Positions 22,904 through 33,800 of a stretch of 64,000 nt of DNA are shown one piece after another. Every line of letters begins with the position of its first letter. Position 1 is the stretch's first letter. Source of the DNA: Macrostomum lignano (Eukaryota); contig NIVC01001458.1 in assembly GCA_002269645.1 (NCBI GenBank), positions 1-64,000 on the forward strand, written 5' to 3'. A program made the position numbers and the translations under genes. The notes beneath the pieces are model-generated. The model did no database searches and was not told where the DNA came from. It worked only from the letters and a program-made list of their open reading frames with translations.

Positions 22904-25900
22904 ATGTCGTCTTCAGCTAATCCAACTCGAGGGGATAAATTTCCTGATTTGGCGTCTGTTGAGTCGTTGGCGGACAAATTTTCCAATGTGAAAATTAATG
23001 ACGGTTGGTTATAAATCACTTCTATTGTTTTTTTATTGTCATAAAGCTAGTTGTACGCAATAAGCGATAGATATTCATATGCTGTACTGATATTCACGCA
23101 GACGCCTACTCTAGCGCTTTGGCTGACGTGGAGGCTGCTCTGTTGGCTAACCAGTCTGCAACACCTGGACTGGTGCAGTTTGCCTGCCACACTAAACTGC
23201 TGCACTGTCTTATTGGTGAGTGATGTATACGATATTAAGATTTTAGTGAATAAAGAGTATTGGTGAATGGGATAGTGGTGAATTGGATATTAGTGAATGG
23301 GATATTAGTGAATGGGATATTGGTGAATGGGATATTGGTGAATGGGATATTGGTGAATGGGATAATTGGTGAATGGGATATTGCTGAATGGGATATTGCT
23401 GAATGGGATATTGGTGAATGGGATATTGGTGAATGGGATATTGCTGAATGGGATATTTGTGAATGGGATATTGGTGAATGGGATATTGCTGAATGGGATA
23501 TTGGTGAATGGGATATTGGTGAATGGGATATTGCTGAATGGGATATTGCTGAATGGGATATTGGTGAATGGGATATTGGTGAATGGGATATTGGTGAATG
23601 GGATATTGGTGAATGGGATATTGGTGAATGGGATATTGGTGAATGGAATATGGTGAATGGGATATTGGTGAATGGAATATGGTGAATGGGATATTGGTGA
23701 ATGGGATATTGGTGATTTCCCCATCCCGCCACCCCCTCAGGCTGTGCCAGTCGCCAGTCGGACGCCACCGCGGCAGCTCGCGGTCTGTCCGCCGCCGCCG
23801 GGCTGCTCCGCGCCTTGCCACCAACTCTGCGGGTCGAATGCCTTCGCGACGAGCTGCCCGACTGCCTGGCCGAGGCAGCCGCCCAGCTGCTGGCTGTCAG
23901 CGCCGCCTCCAGAGCGTCGGATTCTCCAGTCCGGCGTGCCCTGACCGACCTGACCCTGGCTGTGCTTGGCAACCGGGCTAAGCTGACCCAGTGCTTCGAG
24001 TTGGCTCACTGCCAGCTGTACGGCAAAGTGCTGACTAACAAACCGGCTGCTCCTCTGCCTGCGCCGCCAAAGACTGCTGCGACCGATGCTGTGCTGACCG
24101 CCACGAGGCTGCGGGACCACTTAAAGTCGGAGTTGCCTGCTGCCTCTGAGCAGCCGCAGGTTAGCGCTGAAGGGATTTCTTGGCTGTGGGATTTTTCTGC
24201 TCAGTACGTCGAATTACCGGCTGTCTGATGACTGCAGGCTGTCAGGGTTACCGGCTGTCTGATGACTGCAGGGTGTCAGGGTTACCGGCTGTCTGATGAC
24301 TGCAGGCTGTCAGGGTTACCGGCTGTCTGATGACTGCAGGGTGTCAGGGTTACCGGCTGTCTGATGACTGCAGGGTGTCAGGGTTACCGGCTGTCTGATG
24401 ACTGCAGGCTGTCAGGGTTACCGGCTGTCTGATGACTGCAGGGTGTCAGGGTTACCGGCTGTCTGATGACTGCAGGCTGTCAGGGTTACCGGCTGTCTGA
24501 TGACTGCAGGCTGTCAGGGTTACCGGCTGTCTGATGACTGCAGGCTGTCAGGGTTACCGGCTGTCTGATGACTGCAGGCTGTCAGGGTTACCGGCTGTCT
24601 GATGACTGCAGGCTGTCAGGGTTACCGGCTGTCTGATGACTGCAGGGTGTCAGGGTTACCGGCTGTCTGATGACTGCAGGCTGTCAGGGTTAGCGGCTGT
24701 CTGATGACTGCAGGGTGTCAGGGTTAGCGGCTGTCTGTTGACTGCAGGGTGTCAGGGTTACCGGCTGTCTGATGACTGCAGGGTGTCAGGGTTACCAGCT
24801 GTCTGATGACTGCAGGGTGTCAGGGTTACCGGCTGTCTGATGACTGCAGGGTGTCAGGGTCAATGGATGCGGTCTAGCGTACAGAGATAAAGAATTTCTG
24901 TAACGGGTGTCCCAAAAAGACACTTTGTGCTCTCACCGTGTGGGCAGTCAGTTTTTCCTGTCACTCTGTAATTAAATTGTTCTACTAGCTTAATTACTGC
25001 ACCGGCTTAAGCTCCTCTTGAAAGTTTTGGTCTGAATCAGGGGTCCCTCAACTCCGGCCTGTGAAGCCTCTATCCAGGTCCTCGGGTCCTTAAATGCAGG
25101 TGATCAAGTCGCACCCACTCCAAATACCTCCCGCGCAGCCGCAGGTGATCAAGCCGCACCCACTCCAAATACCTCCCGCGCAGCCGCAGGTGATCAAGCC
25201 GCACCCACTCCAAATACCTCCCGCGCAGCCGCAGGTGATCAAGCCGCACCCACTCCAAATACCTCCCGCGCAGCCGCAGGTGGGCAAGCCGGCTACAGTC
25301 TGCTACTCGGAGCTGGTCGGCCGATCCGACACAGTGTACGCCTCCGATGCAGACGGCCAGTTGGAGCTGGGCCGCCACAAGCTGCCCTGGCCATTGCGTG
25401 CGGGTCACCGCCTGCCTCTCGGGCTGGGCCAATCAGTCAAGCTGGCCCTGTTGAACACTCGGCAGGCCGCTATTGAGCTGACTAAAGGCGACATCGCCCC
25501 GGAGCTCATGTCGCTGATTAACTGCCGCGGCGGCCACCTGCTGCTTGGCCTGTCCCCGGCCTCAGCCTGCATCGAGGGTGTACAGGTGCGATTGGAGGAC
25601 CGGGACCGCCTGGTGCTGGGCCTGCAGAACCTGCTGACCAAGGCGGTGCCGATGCCCGACCCCGGCCGCTTGTCCGTGCAGTTCCACCCAGTCACCGGCC
25701 AGATTGTCACCGGGAGGCGCTGCAATGCTGGCACACCGTTTGTTGTGCAGGTGCGGCACAGTGGGGGCATCTGGGCTGGGGGTGTGCTGTTCTCAGCTTC
25801 CCGGTTTTCTATCTTAGTTCTTGCTTGTTTGATTACTTTGCTCCCGTACTTTTCTCCCCATCCCTCCCGATCCTTGCATGTCCCTTACTGTCCCTTCATC

Positions 25901-27548
25901 TCCCTCTCTTGCTCTCTCTCCCTTCATCTCCCTCTCTTGCTCTCTCCCTTCGTCTTGCTCTCTCCCTTCATCTCCCTCTCTTCCTCTCTCTCCCTTCATC
26001 TCCCTCTTCCTCTCTCTTTCTTCATCTCCCTCTCTTGCTCTCTCCCTTCGTCTTGCTCTCTCCCTTCATCTCCCTCTCTTCCTCTCTCTCCCTTCATCTC
26101 CCTCTTCCTCTCTCTTTCTTCATCTTTCTCTCTTGCTCTCTCCCTTCGTCTTGCTCTCTCCCTTCATCTCCCTCTCTTCCTCTCTCTCCCTTCATCTCCC
26201 TCTTCCTCTCTCTCCCTTCATCTCCCTCTCTTGCTCTCTCCCTTCGTCTTGCTCTCTCCCTTCATCTCCCTCTCTTCCTCTCTCTCCCTTCATCTCCCTC
26301 TTCCTCTCTCTTTCTTCATCTTTCTCTCTTGCTCTCTCCCTTCGTCTTGCTCTCTCCCTTCATCTCCCTCTCTTCCTCTCTCTCCCTTCATCTCCCTCTT
26401 CCTCTCTCTCCCTTCATCTCCCTCTCTTGCTCTCTCCCTTCGTCTTGCTCTCTCCCTTCATCTCCCTCTCTTCCTCTCTCTCCCTTCATCTCCCTCTTCC
26501 TCTCTCTTTCTTCACTCCCTCTCTTTCTTTCCCTTCATCTCCCTCTCTTCCTCTCTCCCTTCATCTCCCCCTCTTCCTCTCTTTCCCTTCATCTCCCTCT
26601 CTTCCTCTCTCTCCCTTTATCTCCCTCTCTTCCTCTCTCCCTTCACCCCCCTCTCTTCCTCTCTCCCTTCTTCTCCCTCTCATCCTCTCTCTCCCTTCAT
26701 CTCCCTCTCTTCCTCTCTCTCCCTTCATCTCCCTCTCTTCCTCTCTCCCTTCACCCCTCTCTCTTCCTCTCTCCCTTCTTCTCCCTCTCATCCTCTCTCT
26801 CCCTTTATCTCCCTCTCTTCCTCTCTCCCTTCACCCCCCTCTCTTCCTCTCTCCCTTCTTCTCCCTCTCATCCTCTCTCTCCCTTCATCTCCCTCTCTTC
26901 CTCTCTCTCCCTTCATCTCCCTCTCTTCCTCTCTCCCTTCTCCCTCTCATCCTCTCTCTCTCCCTTCATCTCCCTCCCTTTTTCTCTCTCTCCCTTCATC
27001 TTCCTTTCTCCCTTCATTTTTCTCCCTTTTCCTTCATTTAACCTTTTTCCCTTCATCCCCTTTCATCTCCCTTCACCCCCTGCATCTAGCTCCCTTTTTA
27101 TAGTAGCCCTGCGTTTAGTCCTTCCCCTGATTTCCCCTGTAAGTCGTAATCATCAGGCTTACAAATTTTCATTTGCTTTCCTTTCATTTTACAAGTATTG
27201 TTTGCCCCTTTGACTCATCTATCCCCTTCAATATTTGCCGCTATTTGCTATTTTAATTCACCCTGACTAAATCTGTTAATATCGCAGGTGAGCATCAAGT
27301 CCAGCCCTCCGCTCCGCCTTCACGCCTACGAGGGCAAAATTTTTGTCCGTAGCAAACGCGGCGTGGTTCGCTGCCTTACCGACACGAACGAGATTCTCGC
27401 CGTCAATGCCAGACTGTTGCTGGCGCGCAGCGCCGCCGCTCAAGAGGCGCGCCGATTGCGCGCCGAAGCTCGCCGACTGCGCGCTGAACTGGAAGCCTTC
27501 GGCTGTGAATTCTTGTCCGCGCCCGGCAACGATGAAGAAGCAAAATAG
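22904..27548 (+). CDS. Schlafen AlbA_2-domain protein (SLFNL1-like C-terminus) with an unrecognised helical N-terminus, about 454-514 aa (exons 22904-23003, 23102-23215, 23741-24159, 25100 or 25280-25750, 27288-27548)
   Basis: ELMSLINCRGGHLLLGL...IEGVQVRLEDRDRLVLGLQNLLTKAVPMPDPGRLSVQFHPV aligns by eye to the AlbA_2 core (AFLNS.GG.LL.GV.D.G.V.G...D..R...F.P...F.PV). The last exon YEGKIFVRSKRGV corresponds to G.V..R..GS and is followed by a coiled coil. Splice phases are consistent. Confidence 0.72.
23252..23716. repeat. 15-bp minisatellite (ATTGGTGAATGGGAT), intron 2 of the Schlafen-like gene
   Basis: About 30 copies; generates the overlapping spurious ORFs 23235-23724. Confidence 0.95.
24215..24860. 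repeat. 34-bp minisatellite (ACCGGCTGTCTGATGACTGCAGGCTGTCAGGGTT), about 19 copies
   Basis: Direct periodicity; intron 3 of the Schlafen-like gene. Confidence 0.95.
25038..25091 (+). mobile_element. Remnant of a hAT-like element left end
   Basis: CAGGGGTCCCTCAACTCCGGCCTGTGAAGCCTCTATCCAGGTCCTCGGGTCCTT matches the left end of the element at 48303 with an internal deletion. Confidence 0.6.
25100..25279 (+). repeat. Four in-frame 45-bp repeats (VIKPHPLQIPPAQPQ), probably coding
   Basis: Each unit begins GTGATCAAG and ends CAGCCGCAG; the frame is open into the AlbA_2 region. Confidence 0.85.
25870..27075. repeat. CT-rich low-complexity/compound repeat (TCTCCCTTCATCTCCCTC...), intronic
   Basis: Polypyrimidine tract; source of the S/L/P/F-only ORFs. 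Confidence 0.95.
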
Positions 27549-27549
27549 A

Positions 27550-27830
27550 ATTTTTCGATACATATCGGCAGACATATTTCTTCGATACATACTGCCTGAA
27601 ATATATTTCCAATTCACATTTTAAAAACGATCAGGTTTGAAAATATAAGGAAAGCTATGTGTTTCATTGAAATGGATGATTTTTTCGATACATATCGGCA
27701 CAAAGTATTTGTCGATACATATCAGCTCAGAGTGTTTTTCGATACATATCGTCTCAAGTGTTTTTCGATACATATCGTCTCAGATATCTGTCGATGCATA
27801 TCGGCTCAAATTGTTTTTCGATACAAAGTG
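27550..27830. repeat. Degenerate repeat with core TTTTCGATACATATCG, in the 3' UTR region
   Basis: About 7 recurrences of CGATACATATC variants. Confidence 0.7.
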
Positions 27831-28369
27831 AATTTCCGGTGACAATTGTAAATCTGTTATATTACGGTTGGCATTTTCTTTTCAAATTTTTTTAAATCAA
27901 TACATAAGAATACGATGGATTCAAATATCAGTTTATATGAATTGCGATACGGTCGTACTAATGGCGTCCAGCTTATTAAGTTTTTATTAAATAAATAAAT
28001 CTGTCATGATAAAGTGCAAATCATTGTCTCTGTCTACTGTTAGTAGGTAAATTGGAAATTCGATGACAACTTATTAAATTCTTTATATTTTTAACTGCTT
28101 ATTGAAGAGCTACCAGCCTACTACGCCGGAAGCTTACGATTGAGTGGTTGGTGGTTGGTGAATATTTTATGAAAAAGGTTGGCTGATTAACCAAGTTTTA
28201 AAGGTAAATGGATTTCTCCTAAACAATTTAGCGAGTGCGATGAATGCTGTATAAAGCTTGATTCCAACCTAGATATACAAACATTGTTGTACTCCCTCAC
28301 TGTCTGATTCTGCTTCTTTTTACTGTCCTGTACATTTTGAACTCAGCTCAGCTGCTCATTGTCTCAGAT

Positions 28370-29395
28370 TTGCTCTCATCTCTACTTCACATCCTCTTGC
28401 CTCTACTTAGGTTCTCTCATCTCTACTTCACATCCTCTTGCCTCTACTTAGGTTCTCTCATCTCTACTTCACATCCTCTTGCCTCTACTTAGGTTCTCTC
28501 ATCTCTACTTCTGGATTCTCCCAAAGCTACTTCTGATCTTCTGATCTCTACTTCTTAGATTCTTCCAAAACTACTTCTGATTCTCTCACCTCTACTTCTT
28601 AGATTCTCCCAAAGCTACTTCTGATTCTCTCATCTCTACTTCTTAGATTCTTCCAAAGCTACTTCTGATTCTCTCACCTCTACTTCTTAGATTCTTCCAA
28701 AGCTACTTCTGATTCTCTCACCTCTACTTCTTAGATTCTCCTGAAGCTACTTCTGATTCTCTCATCTCTACTTCTTAGATTCTCCCAAAGCTACTTCTGA
28801 TCCTCTGATCTCTACTTCTTAGATTCTCTCGAATCTACCTCTGGTCCTCTCACCTCTACTTCTTAGATTCTTCTGAAGCTACTTCTGATTCTCTCACCTC
28901 TACTTCTTAGATTCTCCCAAAGCTACTTCTGATTCTCTCACCTCTACTTCTTAGATTCTCCCAAAGCTACTTCTGATTCTCTCATCTCTACTTCTTAGAT
29001 TCTCCCAAAGCTACTTCTGATTCTCTCACCTCTACTTCTTAGATTCTCCTGAAGCTACTTCTGATCTTCTCACCTCTACTTCTTAGATTCTCCCAAAGCT
29101 ACTTCTGATCCTCTCATCTCTACTTCTTAGATTCTCCCAAAGCTACTTCTGATCCTCTCACCTCTACTTCTTAGATTCTCCCGAAGCTACTTCTGATCCT
29201 CTGATCTCTACTTCTTAGACTCCCTCATCTCTACTTCTTAGACTCACTCATCTCTACTTCTTAGATTCTCCCAAAGCTACTTCTGATCCTCTGATCTCTA
29301 CTTCTTAGATTCTCTCGAATCTACCTCTGGTCCTCTCGCCTCTACTTCTTAGATTCTCCCGAAGCTACTTCTGATTCTCTCATATCTACTTCTTG
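28370..29395. repeat. 44-bp minisatellite (CTCTACTTCTTAGATTCTCCCAAAGCTACTTCTGATTCTCTCAC)
   Basis: Direct periodicity with variant units. Confidence 0.93.
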
Positions 29396-30195
29396 GGTTT
29401 GCTACAATCGCTACAGAAGACAGGCAGACTTGAGACGATAGCGTTTTAATTTTAACAGAATAAATTTTCCACAGCTCGCAGAGTAGAGTGCTGTAATAAA
29501 AATTATCGATTTTAAAGTTATATAAAAAAGCTCTGCTGCTCGCGCAACTTTCATTTGAAACTTGCGCGACATTCTTTTTCCTTGTCAAAATTGACCTTGA
29601 TGTCATTTTTATCCCACAGCTAGCTGGCATTTCATACGATATACCGCATGTCAGAGCGCCTTGCTGGCATCTGTAGGCCCATTGTCAAACATTTATTTGT
29701 CGGGCCTGAAAAACCCTCGGTACTGCTGTGTGAATGAAATAGTGGCTGCTTTTCTTGCGAGCTGGGTGTACGGCAGGGCAGATGACGCATTATGCAGTTG
29801 CTTGACTGGGGATAGAGTGACTGAACTTCTAGCCCAGTGCTGCTTTTGTCTGCTCATTTCGCTCACTCTCTCTCTCTCCCTCTCTCACGGCCATTGTATA
29901 TTTTTTCTGGTGTGTGTGTTTGGCATTTTTCAATTCGGAAGTGTTACCCGCGCAGAACATGCGCAATATGGGGTCTCTGCAAAAGCACTGAGACGGCCCA
30001 TTATACTCAACTCGAGGGACTCAGAGTCATGCTCACTGAGGCATTATATATACAGACTGTTGAATTGGAATTTCACGACAAAGCCGTCAGGTGTAGAACA
30101 CTCTTCCGTTGTAGTTTGGTTTCTTCTCAACGGAGTCATCTAAATCCCAGTTGGTGAGTCATTTCTAGAATAATTGGACCAGATCAAGTCGAAGC

Positions 30196-30233
30196 CACGG
30201 ACTACTATATAAGCGACAATTAAGTAGTCCGTG
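30196..30233. mobile_element. 38-bp mini-element with 11-bp TIRs and an 8-bp direct repeat (or 40 bp with a 6-bp direct repeat)
   Basis: GTCGAAGC | CACGGACTACT ATATAAGCGACAATTA AGTAGTCCGTG | GTCGAAGC. Confidence 0.75.
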
Positions 30234-30254
30234 GTCGAAGCACTGCACGGGAAG

Positions 30255-30752
30255 ATTTTAGCGCCACAAAGATGATTTTAGCGCCACAAAGATGATTTTA
30301 GCGCCACAGGAAATGAGATTTTAGCGCCACACAGGAGATTTTGGCGCCACAGGAAGGGAGATTTTAGCGCCACAGGAAGAGAGACTTAAGCGCGACATAG
30401 GAGATTTTAGCACCACAGGAAATGATATTTTAGCGTCACCGAGAAGATTTTGGCGCCACATGGGGGGATTTAGCGCCACATGGGAGATTTTAACGCCACA
30501 GGAGGGAAATTCCAGCGCCACAGAAAGTGAGATATTAGCGCCACAGAAAGTGAGATATTAGCGCCACGGGAAGGCAGATTTTAGCGCCATAAGGGAGATG
30601 TTAGCGCCATAAGGGAGATGTTAGCGCCATAAGGGAGATGTTAGCGCCATAAGGGAGATTTTAGCGCCATAAGGGGAGATTTTAGCGCCATAAAGGAGAT
30701 TTTAGCGCCACAGGGGAGATTTTAGCGCCATAAGGGAGATTTTAGCGCCACA
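30255..30752. repeat. Degenerate repeat of about 20 bp, core GATTTTAGCGCCACA, upstream of the SEC14L gene
   Basis: More than 20 recurrences of TTAGCGCCA variants. Confidence 0.85.
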
Positions 30753-30833
30753 GTGGAGATTAAAGGCGTTTAATGAAATTCATATTCCATTTTCAGATAT
30801 TCAAAATAATTTTCCATTGAGGCTGCTAAGAAC

Positions 30834-33800
30834 ATGGCCGAAGCTCTATCTGTGAGTCTCAATTATATCATATTTATCATCATTTTACTTGCATTTTACC
30901 AATCGCGACTCGACACTTTGCAGGGCGACCTTCCTCCTGAGCCGATGGACGATTTATCGCCGGAAAAGCAAAAACTTTTTCTCGAGGTTTGCACACAAAA
31001 AAATTTCGTTTTAGTGAAATGTAGTTTTTTTCTCAGATCGCCAAAATTTTCAATTTGCAGTTCAAGGACCAAGCCGCCAGTCTGATCGTGAAGGGCAAAT
31101 TTCTGCACGAAGACCACTTTTTAAAGAAGTGGCTGATCGCCAGAAACTGGGACGTCAGCAAAGCTGTGGCCATGTTTGCCGAGGTGAGGGGGGGCAGTGC
31201 GTGCCTAACTAGATGTACGAGCCCCGATGCTTGCACCGGCACATGGGGCTTCATGTGCACCGGCAACCGGCTGCACGAATGCGATCTGGTTGCCAGGGAT
31301 CTGGAGGCTCAGACCAGGCGACTGGGCGTATGTGTAGACAAAATGATCATCATCTTTGACCACTAGATTGACCACTCTTCTCAGCTCTCTTCTCTCTCCT
31401 CCCTCCCCTCTTCTCTCATTTTCTCTCCTTTTTTCCCTCTTCTAGAATGCCAAGTGTTACGTTTTGATACAATCGTGAATTTTAGTGGTCCTTGGCATGC
31501 ACTATCTGCACACTCCAGCTTCGGTACATGCACACCCCAGCTTCGGTACATGCACAGCCCAGCTTCGGTGCATGCACACCCCAGCTTCGGCACATGCACA
31601 GCCCAGCTTCGGTACATGCACACCCCAGCTTCGGCACATGCACAGCCCAGCTTCGGTGCATGCACACCCCAGCTTCGGCACATGCACACCCCAGCTTCGG
31701 CACATGTACAGCCTAGCATCGGCACGTGCACACCCCGGCATCGGCACATGCACACCCCAGCTTCGGTGCATGCACACCCCAGCTTCGGCACATGCACAGG
31801 CCAGCTTCGGTGCATGCACACCCCAGCTTCGGCACATGCACAGCCCAGCTTCGGTACATGCACACCCCAGCTTCGGCACATGTACAGCCCAGCATCGGCA
31901 TATGCACACCCCGGCATCGGCACATGCACAGCCCAGCTTCGGTACATGCACACCCCAGTTTCTTCATCCCCTTCCGCCACAGAGTGAGAAGTTCAAGAAG
32001 GAGATGGACGTGGATCACCTGCTGGACTGGGAGCCGCCGGAGGTGCTGAAGCAGTACTACTGCGGCGGTATCATAGGCCACGCCAAGGACGGCTCCCCTG
32101 TGAAGCTGGCCGCCACCAACCTGGACATGAAAGGCCTGCTGATGGCCTGTCGCCGGCAGGATGTCATTAAGAACCGGCTGCGGGAATGCGAGCTGGTTGT
32201 CAAGGAGCTGGAGGCTCAGACCAGGCGACTGGGTGTGTGGGTAGACAAAATGACCATCATCTTTGACCAGAGCCACGCGTCCCAGATGCTGTGGGGTCCA
32301 GGTGAGTCGGAGAGTCGGGCTGATGCTCATGCTTGGTGCTGATAAGGGTGTGGGGCTGATAAGGGTGTGGGGCTGATAAGGGTGTGGGGCTGATAAGGGT
32401 GTGGGGCTGATAAGGGTGTGGGGCTGATAAGGGTATGGTGCTGATAAGGGTGTGGGGCTGATAAGGGTGTGGGGCTGATAAGGGTGTGGGGCTGATAGGG
32501 GTATGGGGCTGATAAGGGTGTGGGGCTGATAAGGGTGTGGGCTGATAAGGGTATGGTGCTGATAAGGGTGTGGGGCTGATAAGGGTGTGGGGCTGATAAG
32601 GGTGTGGTGCTGATGAGGGTGTGGGGCTGATAAGGGTGTGGGGCTGATAAGGGGGTGGGGCTGATAAGGGTGTGGGGCTGATAAGGGTGTGGTGCTGATG
32701 AGGGTGTGGGGCTGATAAGGGTGTGGGCTGATAAGGGTGTGGGGCTGATAAGGGTATGGGGCTGATAAGGGTGTGGGGCTGATAAGGGTGTGGGGCTGAT
32801 AAGGGTGTGGTGCTGATGAGGGTGTGGTGCTGATGAGGGTGTGGGGCTGATAAGGGTGTGGGCTGATAAGGGTGTGGGGCTGATAAGGGTGTGGGGCTGA
32901 TAAGGGTGTGGGGCTGATAAGGGTGTGGTGGTGATTAGCTGTACAGCTCACCGCCAGGGTGTAGGGAGGGGGGATAGGGGGGATGTATCCCCCGCCCGAA
33001 GAGCCTGACCAAAACTTTTTCGTTGCCCTTTGTTGCTATACATGCTACCATGTCACTCTGTCATAGCACTTTTACCTTGGTGTATCCCCCCGTAGAAAAT
33101 TCACCTTGGTGTATCCCCCCGTAGAAAATTCACCTTGGTGTATCCCCCCGTAGGAAATTCCTGGCTACGCCCCTGCTCACCGCCATTTCCTTCATTTTTC
33201 GCCCCACAAGCCCGCGACATCAACACGTACTTTGCCAAGATGCTGGAGAGTAACTATCCCGAGATGTTGGGCAAAATGTTTGTCGTTAACGGTGAGTTTT
33301 CAGCATTTCTATTTTTACCTTTGTATTCTATCGGATAATAATTGGAAAGCAAAAAATAGAGAATAACTACAATATTTCAGCTCCGGCGATCTTCCCTCTT
33401 CTGTGGAAACTGTTTCGTCCGTTCCTGGCTGAGGAGACCAAAAATAAAATCTTTGTTTTAGGCGGTGAGTTGCTCCCTCGTACATACTGAGCAGCTTCAT
33501 TTGCAGTTACTTCAAGTAGTTAACCTGCGCTTTTTCATCTGTTTCAGGCGATTTCCAGAAGGTAATCGCCCAGCACATTGATGAGGATCAGTTTCCAGCT
33601 GCTTATGGTGGCACCAAGGTCGACGACAACGGGGACCCAATGTGCTCAGGCATTGTGAGCTGGGAATGGGGCTGGGAATGGAGCTGGGAATGGAGCTGGG
33701 AATGGGGCTGGGAATGGAGCTGGGAATGGAGCTGGGAATGGGGCTGGGAATGGGGCTGGGAATGGGGCTGGGAATGGGGCTGGGAATGGAGCTGGGAATG

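Noticed and set aside
32955-33176. MITE ending CCTGGCTACGCCCCTG
   Set aside because: The right end looks like a CAGGGGCGTAGCCAGG terminus, but the left end is too degenerate and there is no TSD.
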